DNA from: Hormiphora californensis
Lineage: Eukaryota > Animalia > Ctenophora
Assembly (NCBI GenBank): GCA_020137815.1
Contig: CM035353.1
Location: forward strand, 3,534,001-3,598,000
Direction of reading: 5' to 3'
Length of the DNA stretch: 64,000 nt
Shown: piece by piece, positions 1 to 11,678 of the stretch
Layout of the letters: every line of letters begins with the position of its first letter
Position numbering within the stretch: the first letter of the stretch is position 1
The notes under the pieces: model-generated
Database searches by the model: none
What the model was told of the DNA's origin: nothing
The model's input: only the letters and a program-made list of their open reading frames with translations
Made by a program: the position numbers and the translations under genes

Positions 1-944
1 TTGAAAGTGGTTGATGTGGTAGCGTGAGGTGACTGCAATGAGGGAAATCATACGACTCTTACTGATGTAAGCGACATTCGGCAGGTGCTGACTGAATTTG
101 CAATCCCTTACTGGAGTAAGCGACAAGTGCTGACTGTTTTCCAAAATAACTCTTATTTTCTAGCAAGAGTATAGCAAGAGTAAGAGAATGGTGTATTCTC
201 TTGCGTGGTAGTTGTCGCTTGTAAGCGACGTGTGGACTCTTCCTACTCTTCCTACTTTCTCTTCCCAATTCTTTCTCCTATTGGCCATTCAGAAAAAGAA
301 CTTTGAGGGATCACTCAGCATTGTCGCTTACAAGAGTTATCAAGAGTAATGTTGCCTGATTTGTCGATTGTCGCTTACTTCAGTAAGAGTCTTATGATTT
401 CCCTCTATGGTAACGGGGTGGTTGCTATAGGAACTGGGTAGTTGCTATAGGAACTGGGTGGTTTCTATGGTAACTAAAAGTGGTTTCTATGGTAACTGGG
501 TGGTTTCTATAATGGTGATTGCTCTATCATACCTTGTATCTCGTCGTTGTCGTTGGTAACTGATAAGATTATCGACCATATCGCTGTTAGATGCCGACCA
601 TTCAGCGTTGTATTCCTGCTGGTGAGTTTCTTTCAAACAGATCTTGATCTCATCCTGTACCGACTGAAATATTCAAATAAGGGAGTTAATATCATTTAGT
701 GCATGCAGAGCTTCTTGAAACACATTAGATAAGAAGAAAAGAAAGGTATAAAGAGAAAATCTTTGAAGCAACATACTGGTTAAATATTATAGTCGGATTC
801 CGATTTAGCGGGAAATATCAAAACCCTTTCCCTGGGAATCCCTGGGGTCCGACTATATTTGAAACAACATCGTACCTTTTCAAGAGGGAGGGCGTTTGAA
901 ACAGCGGCCACTACTAGAAAGAAAACTGCGTTTATAAAATTCAT
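1..944 (-). CDS. Secreted prepro-protein, 5' exons only (continues off left edge); exons 876-944, 533-663, <1-32
   Basis: Manual translation gives MNFINAVFFLVVAAVSNALPLEK|SVQDEIKICLKETHQQEYNAEWSASNSDMVDNLISYQRQRRDT|SHLTLPHQPLS... All junctions are GT/AG with matching phases (0, then 2). The N-terminus is signal-peptide-like and RQRR is a furin-type site. Confidence 0.7.
40..405. mobile_element. MITE with ~37-bp terminal inverted repeats
   Basis: GAGGGAAATCATACGACTCTTACTGATGTAAGCGACA (40-76) is the reverse complement of 369-405 with 2 mismatches. No coding capacity and no clear TSD. Confidence 0.75.
788..857. mobile_element. Short degenerate copy of the CAGTCGGACCCCGATTTA (pogo/Tc1-mariner-type) MITE family
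   Basis: TATAGTCGGA...TCCGACTATA inverted ends; interior resembles 7182-7260. Confidence 0.55.
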
Positions 945-1064
945 GATGATCCCTGGGCGTGTGCAACTCCGCTTTGTGTTAGCTACTGTAACTGCAGATG
1001 CAGTCAGCTAAAATAAAAGGTTAAAATGTTGTCATCAAATCGATTTGTTCGATTGGGCGTTTTT

Positions 1065-1832
1065 CAGGAACCGACAATGATATCGAATCGAATCGAAAGA
1101 TCGAGAGATCGAATCGATCAATCGAGTAGTTTTTTAAGCTCAGAGATCGAATCGAGATCGAATTGAGATTTTTTGACTTCCCATAAATCGAATCGAGATC
1201 GAATCGAAATTTTTTGAACCCTCAAAGATCGAATCGAAATCGAATCGAAAGGTTTTTATCGCCCGAAGATCGAATCGAGATCGAATCGATATTTTTTGAA
1301 CCTTGAAAAATTGAAACGAGATCGAATCGATATTTTTAACCGCCTAAAGATCGAATCGAGATCGAATCGATATTTTTTGAACCCCAAAAAATTGAAAAGA
1401 GATCGAATCGATATTTTTTACCGCCTAAAGATTGAATCGAGATCGAATCAATAAATTTTGATCGGTCACCAAAAGATCGAATTGGGATCGAAAACAAAAT
1501 ATCATAAATCTTTGGTATGTAGAAACCGGCGATATTATCGGATCGAATCGAAAGGTCGAATCGAGATTGAATCGAAAGTTTTTGAGCGTACAAAGATCGA
1601 ATCGATATTTTTTGATCGCCCAAAGATCGAATCGAGATCGAATCGATATTTTTTGAACACCGAAAGATCGCATTAGAGATCGAATCAAAAGTTTTTGAAC
1701 CCCAAAAGATTGAATCGATATTTTCGGATAGCACATAGCACATAGATCGAATCGAGATCGAATCGAAAAATTTTGGTCGTTCAAAAAAGATCGAGATCGA
1801 ATCGAAAAAAAATCCGGTATCGCCGGTTCCTA
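1065..1832. mobile_element. hAT-type non-autonomous element filled with GATCGAATCGA repeats
   Basis: Ends CAGGAACCG / CGGTTCCTA; 8-bp TSD GCGTTTTT (1057-1064) vs GCGTTTTC (1833-1840); interior has dozens of GATCGAATCGA motifs. Confidence 0.75.
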
Positions 1833-2209
1833 GCGTTTTCTTATCTCACGATATGTTTCAAAATACGCCAGAGAAATTGTTTGCAAAATAGTAGCAACCA
1901 CAACGAGCATCAGAAATTCACAAAGAGTGCAGTCGCTGCAGCAATCGGTATAGTAGTAAACATCCAAATTCAGCCCTGGTCATTGACCAACTAAGTTTTT
2001 GGTCTCCCGTCTCAGTCTTACGTTTTGAATGAGTTTTGGTAAATCTGAAAGACTGAACCTTAACTTATATCGTAAGTGCTTTCCCTCAAATTTTCTAGAG
2101 GCGTTCGAAGCGATCTATAGAGATAAGATAAAATAATTTAATCGGGTTATGTCGTCTAAATACCAAATTACATGAATGCAATGTTCGACTGTTTTTGCAG
2201 CCTTTCTCC

Positions 2210-2863
2210 GGGGGACCACATACAGCACTGTACTGAAATTCGCACCGCCGTATGTGGTACCTCTAACTTCAGTTCTCACTAGCACATACAACACTTTCGG
2301 TGCAAACTCCAGTACGCACTGCCGTATGTGGTGCCTCTTACTGATAAATATCGGTGGGACTATCAGTACACAATCTCACGTGAGCTTAGCTCAGAAAAGA
2401 TCAGTACGGTGCTGTATGTGCTCTTCGTACTGAACTGAAAGGTCACGTGGGGGTCACGTCCGCGCACTAGCCAATGACAGACCTGCATCTCACAACACAC
2501 ACACACCCACACCACAGCAACCAATAAGAGGCGCACGAACTCTCACTACGACAGAAAGGGCCACACCTAGAACAAGGGCGAAATTATCCGACATATCGAG
2601 AAAATATGTGCTGCAATCGGGAAAGATAAGAGAGAGATAAGTGGAGATAAACATAACAAGAGAGAGAAAAGGAGGTAGAGAGAGTTCGGTATTAGTGAGA
2701 GGAAGATATTTCACAAAAAATTACGTGTTTTTAGCTTGTTTTGAAGGTTTTTTATTGATTGTTCAGTAAGAGGCACCACATACACTCACTGTACTGAAGT
2801 TTCCACCGACAGTATGTGGTGCGACATTACTGGAGTTCGCACCGGTGCTGTATGCGGTCCCCC
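2210..2863. mobile_element. MITE with GGGGG termini (PIF/Harbinger-like)
   Basis: GGGGGACCACATACAGCAC at 2210 vs GTGCTGTATGCGGTCCCCC ending 2863 (1 mismatch); sub-terminal repeats of CACATACAGCAC/GTATGTGGTG; TTA on the right flank only. Confidence 0.65.
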
Positions 2864-3054
2864 TTACTGCGATCTACGACGATTCTCATTCTTTTATACC
2901 CGGCCCATATAGCTTGAGCTGAAAAGAAGCGTTCCATCACGTGCTATTCAAATGAGAGGTACTTTTCTTTCACTTAAAGGACAATAAGATACTTCGAGAT
3001 TTTTGAGTCTCCATCTGCTTTGTATTAAATATTCTTTTTGTCACAAACAATTAA

Positions 3055-3103
<49 letters not shown>

Positions 3104-3150
3104 AGAGAGAGAGAGAGAGAGAAAGAGAGAAAGAGAGAAAGAGAGAGAGA
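3055..3150. repeat. (GA)n microsatellite
   Basis: Direct inspection. Confidence 0.95.
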
Positions 3151-3162
3151 CATTAGGATATA

Positions 3163-3917
3163 ACGGGTGATAACTAAAAGATGTCACAAATTTAAAACAG
3201 CTGTAGAATTTTTTCCTTTTGAGATACAGCTTCGGGCCAGTTATAAAACGATTTTTCAGACAATTTTGAATCGGAATAATATACCGGCAAAGACTAAAAA
3301 GTTCGTTTTCAATGCGATATCACATCATTTCCTTTTGCCCCACCAAAGCATTTAGTACGTGAAATTTACACACTTTTCTAGCACCTCTAGCACCTGTTCT
3401 GTTCAAGATTCAGCTTCGGGACAGTGATAAAATGATTTATCAGACAATTTTGAACGAAATTAACTTTGTTTCAAACTTCATAAATCTCAATTTCCTGATC
3501 AGAATCTTCTGTAACAAAGCGTAGTTTACAGGTAATTTGAGAAATCGCCATTTCGACGATCTCTTGAAACATTAATGACCGTGAAAACCAATTTCTTAAT
3601 GAGCTAAAATGTTCAAACTTGGCAGTTATGTTGACTATAGCATGAACAACCAATCCTCCAATTATTAGAATTTTATCTCGTCGGAAAAGTCATTTCTGAT
3701 CACATAGAAGTTTCAAATCTCCGTACTACATGCTTTGGTGGGATAAGATGAAATGATCAGATATCGCAATAAAAATGAACTTTTTAGGTTTTGCCGGTAT
3801 ACTATTCCGATTCAAAATTGTATGAAAATCGTTCTATAACTGGCCCGAAGCTGTATCTCATAAGGGAAAAATTCTACAGCTGTTTTAAATTTGTGACATC
3901 TTTTAGTTATCACCCGT
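3163..3917. mobile_element. Tc1/mariner-derived MITE with ~200-bp inverted arms
   Basis: TA|ACGGGTGATAACTAAAAGATGTCACAAATTTAAAACAGCTGTAG ... GATAACTAAAAG complement ending CACCCGT|TA; arms pair to about 3360/3720; TA TSD. Confidence 0.85.
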
Positions 3918-4949
3918 TAGATATAAGTACAAGATAGATGGAGTCGACTGCAGAGGGTCAAGAAGGTACAGACCTCAATACGAGTCGCATTGTTCAAAAA
4001 TTGCCCCTGTTTTTCGTCTCGTTCGCTGGATCACGTGAGATACATTATAATTATGATGATGCATAACAGACCAAAATGCACACTGCACGAATTTTTGGGG
4101 CGTAGGCCCGGTCAGATGCAGAGAGAGTATAAGTACCATGAATTCCTTAAATTTCTATCTTTTTGACGATTAATTTTGCGGCATAGTGTCAAAGCGTGCT
4201 CCAGTCCAATAAGACTGCAGTCGACTTGCAGCAAGCAAGCTTCTATTATATTGCCGATACCAAGTGCAGTACTGTAGAGCGTATTATGGCTAGAATAGAT
4301 CATAGAGGCACCTCGTCTTCGAAGAAAATCTTACTGATGGCTGATTTTCGGGTTACTGAAACCAAAGAGAATAATATCTAGTAGTGAATTGAGGTAGCAG
4401 ACACATCGGCCAGATAAGAATAGTAGTGCAGATCATATTAGAATACTGTCATAAAGAAGTTTCGTGGACCACGCCCAGCTGCCAGCTGCACATACGTGCC
4501 GCTCACGAAAGATTATATAATTTAATCCAAAACATGACAGTTGAATATAGTTCAGTAAGGGCGGTATTATGAGGTTAGAATTTTAATCATGGATCATATC
4601 ATTATAAAATTAGTATCATGTCGTGATTTACAATGAAAGCTACTATAAGGAGACAAAGCTACTATTATAACAAGACCTAGCTATAACAAGGCCCCACGTC
4701 ATATTGTGCCCTTTTTATACCGGCTTTTCTTTAGAACTATATCGTCTGCATCACTACGCGTGACACTTGGCGTTGACACCTGCAGTAATATATGTAGACA
4801 ATCCTCGTTCGAGACAGCTCCAGAAATGATCGAGACAGCTCCAGAAATATGGTTTATGACTCTTGGTGGCTGTAAAATGTGGCTATATAGCTGTGGCTAT
4901 ATTAGAGCTGCTGCCGGGCCTTAACTCAATCAGTCTCGTGGGTGGCGAA

Positions 4950-5287
4950 TAGTGTCTGACGGTGTATAAGGTCCAAATGAGGCACGGAGCTTTTCTGAAT
5001 CAGCTTTTCAAGACGAATCCAACGCAACCGGAATTAGCTTTCTATCTTATCGGGAAGGTTCGGTTCACTCACACTCATTTTTAGTCATTTTTGCCGCGCG
5101 AGCCAATCAGAGGCCAGAATTTCGAAATCCAGCCCTCTGATTGGCTCGCGCGGCCAAAAATGAAAAAAATGAACCACACCTTCCCAATAAGATAGAAAGC
5201 TAATTCCGGTTGCGTTGGATTCGTCTTGAAAAGCTGATTCAGAAAACCTCCGTGCCTCATTTGGACATAATACACCGTCAGTCCCTA
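4950..5287. mobile_element. hAT-type palindromic MITE (~110-bp arms)
   Basis: Ends TAGTGTCTGACGG / CCGTCAGTCCCTA; perfect 8-bp TSD GTGGCGAA (4942-4949, 5288-5295); a right-arm relic recurs at ~28843-28950. Confidence 0.9.
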
Positions 5288-5596
5288 GTGGCGAATTGAA
5301 TTTATTACTGTACCGGTACATGTGTGTAATTAAAATCATAGGTTGGAATTTAGCTGTCTAGTCTAGTGCAGCAGCAGCAGCTGGCAATGAACTTTTGCTG
5401 AATATAAACTAAAAACTACAGCGCGTATGTACAATGTACAATGTACAATGTACAATGTACAAGGTACAATGCACAATGTACATACAACTCATTCCTCTAC
5501 CACACCTATTCAAAACCAATTATGGAAACCGAAAATCATTCCGGGATTATACTTGATTGTTTTGGTATTACCCCCACCCTGCAGCTGTACCTATAA

Positions 5597-5693
5597 CAGG
5601 AACAGACCGAATCAGGAAATACTGGTCCCTGATTGGCTGATAACCAGTCACGTGAGTTATGATTGGTTGTTTACTTGTTTTGGTCGGTTCCTG
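5597..5693. mobile_element. ~100-bp hAT MITE (CAGGAACCGACCGAA TIR family), copy 1
   Basis: TIRs CAGGAACAGACCGAA / TTTGGTCGGTTCCTG; TSD ACCTATAA vs ACCTATAC. Confidence 0.85.
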
Positions 5694-6747
5694 ACCTATA
5701 CCCTCTCCAATCTCCACACCCTCATATGAAGAATATTAACTAACTCAGTGAGATAAAGGCGGCGCTGCCAAACAACATTTTTGTTCAAAAGTCAAGGTAT
5801 TCTTTATCAAGATACAAGATAAAAATAAACTTTTTTGTTTAATTTCAAAACAAAAATTGATGTTAAATTTAAAATCACAATTCTCGAGTTGAAAACCAAA
5901 GTAAAATTTTTCTACATTTATCATGGATAAACAGTAAACACACAGAACGTACCTCATTGAGCCTGCGCTCATGAAAATCAGTTACACCACATATGGCATA
6001 GCCGGCCGCAGTAATCATGAGTAATCGCATTATAATGCCACATTAAATATATGATTCCAGTAATTATCTGCAGCCGGTTTTATCCCGCGGTTGAAGATGC
6101 AGAACAATGGGCGCATCATGGCAACACGTTGTATGTTTACCGGTTTCAACAGCTCGAGGCAGAATCACAGGGGGCGATGGTCCACGCTCATCGTATGATG
6201 TTTCATTTTTAACTTATATATTTTATCTCTATTATAATTCGGAGATGAACGTCGAAGTGGTGGTCGTTCGTTCAGTGCGTTTCTACGCGACAGTGCTCCT
6301 TCATAAAACACTTCATATGACCAAAGCTGTATAAGCTGTCATTCACACTTTGGAACTTCCAGTGGAAGTTTGTTAATATTTTCGAATGACTTTTAACATG
6401 CCAGTCCCCATAGTTACCAATTCAGTTGCCATGGCAACCGTTTTATAGATGTTGAAAGGGGCAAAAAGAACCACCCAGCGAAGCCGGGTGGGTTATCAAA
6501 AAGCCCTTACTTGAGGCGCACCCAATGGGTGCGCTAGTTACATATATAATGTATTTATATTTTATATTTTCATTATATTGGATCTGTTCAAATATGTACA
6601 TAATTGAATTTAATACACTGTTCATGATCGACTCTATACTATAGTTTCTACACTATATAGTCTATACTACATACTTTAGGGTCAACCACTTACCACGTGA
6701 ATACGTGTGACTGTATAATTGCACGACTAAACTAGTACTTTAAGCTG

Positions 6748-6801
6748 CAGTTGCAGTTCATCCAGATCACTTAGCTAAGTGATCTGGATGAACTGCAACT
6801 G
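6748..6801. repeat. Perfect 54-bp spacerless palindrome
   Basis: CAGTTGCAGTTCATCCAGATCACTTAG|CTAAGTGATCTGGATGAACTGCAACTG. Confidence 0.95.
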
Positions 6802-6862
6802 ATCAAAATTGGTCGAAACTTGACAACATAACAGCTAGTTGGCTGATGATTGTCTGTGTGTT

Positions 6863-7632
6863 TCAAAGTCCGTACAAGCAGGCCCTAAACTCTGGGTAGT
6901 TGATCTTTCCATCGTTATTCAAATCTGCCTCCTGAAATGTAAATGATAAATGATAATAGTAATTAAGCTACAATATAAATGAATCAAATCAACAAAATCG
7001 TGTACATAACAGTCGAACCCCGATTTACTTGGATGCTCGGGGTTCCGATGAATCGGGACCCGGCAAAACGAACTCAATCATATTGAAACATCGAGCAGCT
7101 ATGATTATTATAGCGGTACATCATTATAATGCATTACGTATGTATCATTTGAAAATGAAAGAAAACAACGATTTAGGAGTACAGTCGGACCCCGATTTAG
7201 CGGACACCCCGATTTAACGGACAAAACCCTTTCCCCCGAGGATACCGTTAAATCCGACTGTACTAACCTGGAGAACGAAGACAATGTCATCATGAGGGAT
7301 CCCAACGTCCGCCTTCGTCATCGCCTCAGCCACCTCATCATGGGTAACCTCACCTGCAATAACTCGCGGTTTAGTTAATACTGTCATTACCTGTGAATGC
7401 AATTGTGTAAGGCGGAATGCATGGTCACCAAATATTCAAAACGATCGTGAGAGATTTTCTCATGAATTAATTACATCATATTGTCACAATGTTATTTCAT
7501 ACCGGATCCATCTTCATCGATCAAGTTAAATGCGTCCGAGATATCTTGAGGGTGGTATCTCTCCATTAAAATGTCCTCTATGTACGTCATCAGTTCGTCA
7601 TAATCAACAGTCCCATCACGATCCGTGTCTAC
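6863..7632 (-). CDS. Calmodulin-like EF-hand protein, last three exons (7503-7632, 7268-7353, 6863-6931); N-terminal exon(s) not found
   Basis: Joined translation VDTDRDGTVDYDELMTYIEDILMERYHPQDISDAFNLIDEDGSG|EVTHDEVAEAMTKADVGIPHDDIVFVLQ|EADLNNDGKINYPEFRACLYGL*. It has three canonical 12-residue EF loops and is gap-free colinear with calmodulin EF2-EF4. Junctions are GT/AG with phases 1 and 0. Confidence 0.9.
7182..7260. mobile_element. pogo/Tc1-mariner-type mini-MITE in the EF-hand gene intron
   Basis: TA|CAGTCGGA...TCCGACTG|TA. Confidence 0.8.
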
Positions 7633-7641
7633 CTAGATAGA

Positions 7642-8067
7642 TACTAAATGTGAGGAGTGTGAACCTACTAAATGTGAGGAGTGTGAACCTACTAAATGTG
7701 AGGAGTGTGAACCTACTAAATGTGAGGAGTGTGAACCTACTAAATGTGAGGAGTGTGAACCTACTAAATGTAAGGAGTGTGAACCTACTAAATGTGAGGA
7801 GTGTGAACCTACTAAATGTGAGGAGTATGAACCTACTAAATGTGAGGAGTGTGAACCTACTAAATGTGAGGAGCGTGAACCTACTAAATGTGAGGAGTGT
7901 GAACCTACTAAATGTAAGGAGTGTGAACCTACTAAATGTGAGGAGTGTGAACCTACTAAATGTGAGGAGTGTGAACCTACTATAAATGTGAGGAGTGTGA
8001 ACCTACTAAATGTGAGGAGTGTGAACCTACTAAATGTGAGGAGTGTGAACTTACTAAATGTGAGGAT
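7642..8067. repeat. 24-bp minisatellite (CTACTAAATGTGAGGAGTGTGAAC) x ~17.5, intronic
   Basis: Near-identical head-to-tail units with no spacers. Confidence 0.95.
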
Positions 8068-9067
8068 TGTGAATTGTGAAACTTTTACAAATGTAAGCAA
8101 TATGAGGAAGTATAAAGTCAATATGTATTATTGACTCCCAACTGGATTGATACAGTTCTATTTTTCAAAGACTTATCATTGGCTGCCAGGTGGTATAAGA
8201 TGTGTAGCCTGACTTTAGTTACTATTGAACTATACAGTTGTCGTCAGCTGGTTCTAGACTGCAAACTTGTTATATACCCTTTTTAGAGCCCGGCCTTTGT
8301 AACTGCAGACTTTTTAAAAGTGATATTCCAAAGTTAAAAATCTGGTATAAATGTAAAAATTTCCAGCATCATAAACTTCCGTTCAAAAAGGGAGGATGTC
8401 TACTGGGGACAAAGACTTTAAATTTTCAAAATCTTTTTGGGGCTCTTCAATCCAACATACCAAGCATTGACCAAAAAAATATGACACAACAAATATAAAA
8501 TATGACAAAACTAGAGTTTCATCGTTATCGCGATCAAGTTCTAAAAGAGTACAATATTCGAGTGATATCCACAAATTTCCCCTTTTCACGTGTCTATTTT
8601 CAAAAAAAGTTCTTTATTTCTCCTCTTTTCCCCTCCCGGTTGCTTTAACGGGTACCCGAACCAGTGGCATTGCTTGCGTTGATTATTATCGTGTTGGGTG
8701 GGTCCATGGGGGCGGGTGACAAAAGGCCTTTGGCGGGGGCCTGAAACTGAACAAAGTTTGGTAATGTTGAAATTTGGGAAAAAACTTACTGTAGTGTTAA
8801 TTGCTGAAAATTCTGGGAAAATTAGTTTATTCGGGATATGGGGAAAAGGGAGTGGCTGAGAAAAAATTAACTCAAATTTTCCGGGGTTTTAAGGGCCCAA
8901 ACCCAAAAAAAAATTGAAAAAGTTAAAGCATAAAAGTTTTTTTTTAAAAAAAAAGCCCCCAAAAAAGNNNNNNNNNNNNNNNNNNNNNNNNNNNNNNNNN
9001 NNNNNNNNNNNNNNNNNNNNNNNNNNNNNNNNNNNNNNNNNNNNNNNNNNNNNNNNNNNNNNNNNNN

Positions 9068-10670
9068 TGAAAAACCCCCTTCAATTTTGACAATTCTCCC
9101 CTTATAACTTTTCGGGCAACATGAGACTAAGCCCCTTACAACTTAGTCTTTTAAAACCGTGCCCGTTTTTCGTTGTTTGGTCCAACTGTGCATTTATTCA
9201 AACCCCCCATATTTGCCTTTTTTTTACCCCCCTTTTTCAAATTTTTGGCCGGAACCCTAGTAATTCTTTCTCCCCCACACAAAATCGGAAAAAAAAAAGG
9301 CCCCTCTAAAAAGAGGTATCCCACTTTTCCCTAAGGTCAGAAATAGCCTTTTTCTTTTTGTATAGGAAAGAGGAAGGGGGGAGAAAAAGGAAAAGAGGGG
9401 AAAAAGATGAAGGGAAAAAAAATTAAAAGAGAAAAGAAAAGAGAAAAGCAATTTTCACAGGGGGCCTATTTATTGGATGTACTGGGGAAAAAGATAAAAT
9501 GGGAAATCAAAGTAAACTTTGGTTAAAAGAAGGAGTGAAGAGGGACAAGAGAGGAGAGAAGAGAAAAAGAAGAGAGAAGAGAGGAAAAGAAAGAAAAAAA
9601 GGGGGAGAGGAAAAAAGGACAGAAAAAAAAGAAACATTAACACAAGTAAAAAAGTTTGGGTATCTTTTCCCCCCCCTTGCTTTTCACATGTGTCGCGCCA
9701 CTCTTACCGCCCTTCCCAACTGCTGACGGTAGTGAAAAAAAACCCCTTCAAAATTGAGCAAGTTACCCAAAAAACTTTGCGGACAAATGACACATAAGCC
9801 CCTTAAAAACATTACTATATCACACGTCCCATTTATCGTTTTTTTCCAACTTGCATTGTATTCAACCCCCCATATTTGCCTTATTCACCCCTTATTTAAT
9901 CTTTTTGGGCCGGAACACCTATAACTTCTTTTCATCCCCAACACAAAAATCGGAGAAACAAAATCCCCTCAAAAAAAGGTTCATCCCCCCTTCCCTAGGC
10001 AAAATAGCACTTTTTTCTTTATGTGATAAAGGGGAAGAGGGAGGAAAAAGAAAAAGGGGGGGAAAAAGGGAAAAAAAGAAGGAAAAGATTTTAAAAAAAA
10101 AGGGGGAAAAAAAATGCGTTTCCAGGTTCCTGATTATATTGGGGTGAAGGGAAAATAAAGTACAAAGGGAATCTGTGAGAAAATTTGGGGTAATAGAGAG
10201 GAGAGGTAGGGAAAAAGGGAAAAAAAAAATGAGGGAGAGAGAGAGATAGGAAAGGGGAAAAATTTTTTTTCCCCCCCCCCCGGGAAAAAAAAACAAAAAA
10301 AAAAAACATTTACACAAGTGAAAAGAGATTTGTGTATCTTCCCTCCCCTATGCTTGTCACATGTGTGCGCGCCACATCTTACGCGCATTCCAACTGCTGA
10401 CGGTAGTGAAACACCATTCAAATTATGAGCAAGTTACTCCAATTATAACTTTGCGGACGAACATGACGACATAAGCCCTTAACAACGATTACGTCATATA
10501 CACACGTGCCCAGTTTATCGTTGTTTTGTCCAACATGTGCATTGTATTCAACCCCCCATATTTGCCTTATTCACCCCTTATTTCAAATTCTTGGCCGGAA
10601 CACCTAGTAACTTCTTGTCATCCACACACACAAAGATCGGAGAAACAAAGGTCCCCTCTAAAAAAAGACC
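9068..10670. repeat. ~670-bp unit in 2-3 tandem copies, progressively noisier toward the gap
   Basis: The motif ...TTCAACCCCCCATATTTGCCTT...TTGGCCGGAAC... recurs near 9200, 9860 and 10550, with homopolymer-type differences between copies. Confidence 0.65.
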
Positions 10671-10702
10671 CACTTAAGGGCCAACTGAAGTTGATATTTC
10701 TC

Positions 10703-11170
10703 ATAGATCAAATCCTTGTGTTTCAGTAACATTATTCCCCTCCAACTGTTGTGAGCCTCAAATTTTACTATTTATTAATACATTGTGTTCGCATGGGGTC
10801 TCTACAAGCGTGGGCCAGAGGGAGGGGGGCGGGGGCTTGTGGAGCCACATATTCGGGCAGTTATAAGCTCTCATATATATGGGGGTTACCGGTGCTTAGG
10901 GGGCTCCTTTTCTCCATATCTGGGTCTCTTTATTCTCTCCCATCTTATAGATCAATCCTTGTGTTTCAGTAACATTATTCCCCTCCAACTGTTGTGAGCC
11001 TCAAATTTTACTATTTATTACAGTGTGTTTGCATGGGGTCTCTACAAGTGTTGGCCAGAGGGAGGGGGGAGAGGGCTTGTAGAGCCACATATTCGGGCAG
11101 TTATATGGGGGTTACCGGTGCTTAGGGGGCTCCTTTTCTCCATATCTGTGTCTCTTTATTCTCTCCCATC
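10703..11170 (+). repeat. Two tandem ~230-240-bp direct repeats upstream of the LINE ORF
   Basis: 10703-10944 and 10947-11170 both begin ATAGATCAA(A)TCCTTGTGTTTCAGTAACATTATTCCCC and end TTATTCTCTCCCATC. Confidence 0.85.
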
Positions 11171-11678
11171 GGGTATCCCCTCTTTCCGCCCTGTCGATAT
11201 CTTTTCAATACCAAGGAACTTTAACAGAGAACGGGCGCTTTGTCTGGCAGCTAGGGGGATTGAGGATCAGGGAATGAGGTATAACGGGTCAGGGGGCGCT
11301 TTGTCGAGGTCTCGACCAGGGAGGGATTCCTTCGAGTGAATAAGGGAATGTTGGAGCCCAGGGAGAGGGTGGGGTGGTCCGGGTGTGGGAAATCGTTGCT
11401 AATCTAGTCGTATATTGTTCGGGGTCGTCGCTTGTGGGGATCCTGTGTTGGCATATCAAATTAAATGGTCCGGAGCCTTCAATTTAATATATTAATGCTT
11501 TCGATCATTCAGTACCTTCACACATTCACCCGCACAGGATTATTCTGTATGTCACAATAGAAATTCTTCACTACTCAACAATCAACCCTGCATACCCATC
11601 TTCACCGATCATCAATCTCCTTACTCATCCACACTTCTCATCAAGTCATTCTCTTCATCACCGAGCCCACTCACTACC

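Noticed and set aside
6863-7632. Ctenophore photoprotein
   Set aside because: EF-hand spacing and C-terminal length match calmodulin exactly, with three consecutive canonical loops; this is not the photoprotein layout.
7642-8067. CRISPR-like array or coding repeat (ORFs 7633-8121, 7650-7985)
   Set aside because: Units are head-to-tail with no unique spacers and no cas genes; it lies in an intron of the EF-hand gene.
8383-8589. ELDRDNDETLVLSY as the missing first EF-hand
   Set aside because: It lacks Gly6 and Glu12, and I found no compatible splice donor.
8600-10330. Lys/Phe-rich ORFs around the first gap
   Set aside because: Homopolymer-inflated low-quality consensus of a repeat next to an N gap.
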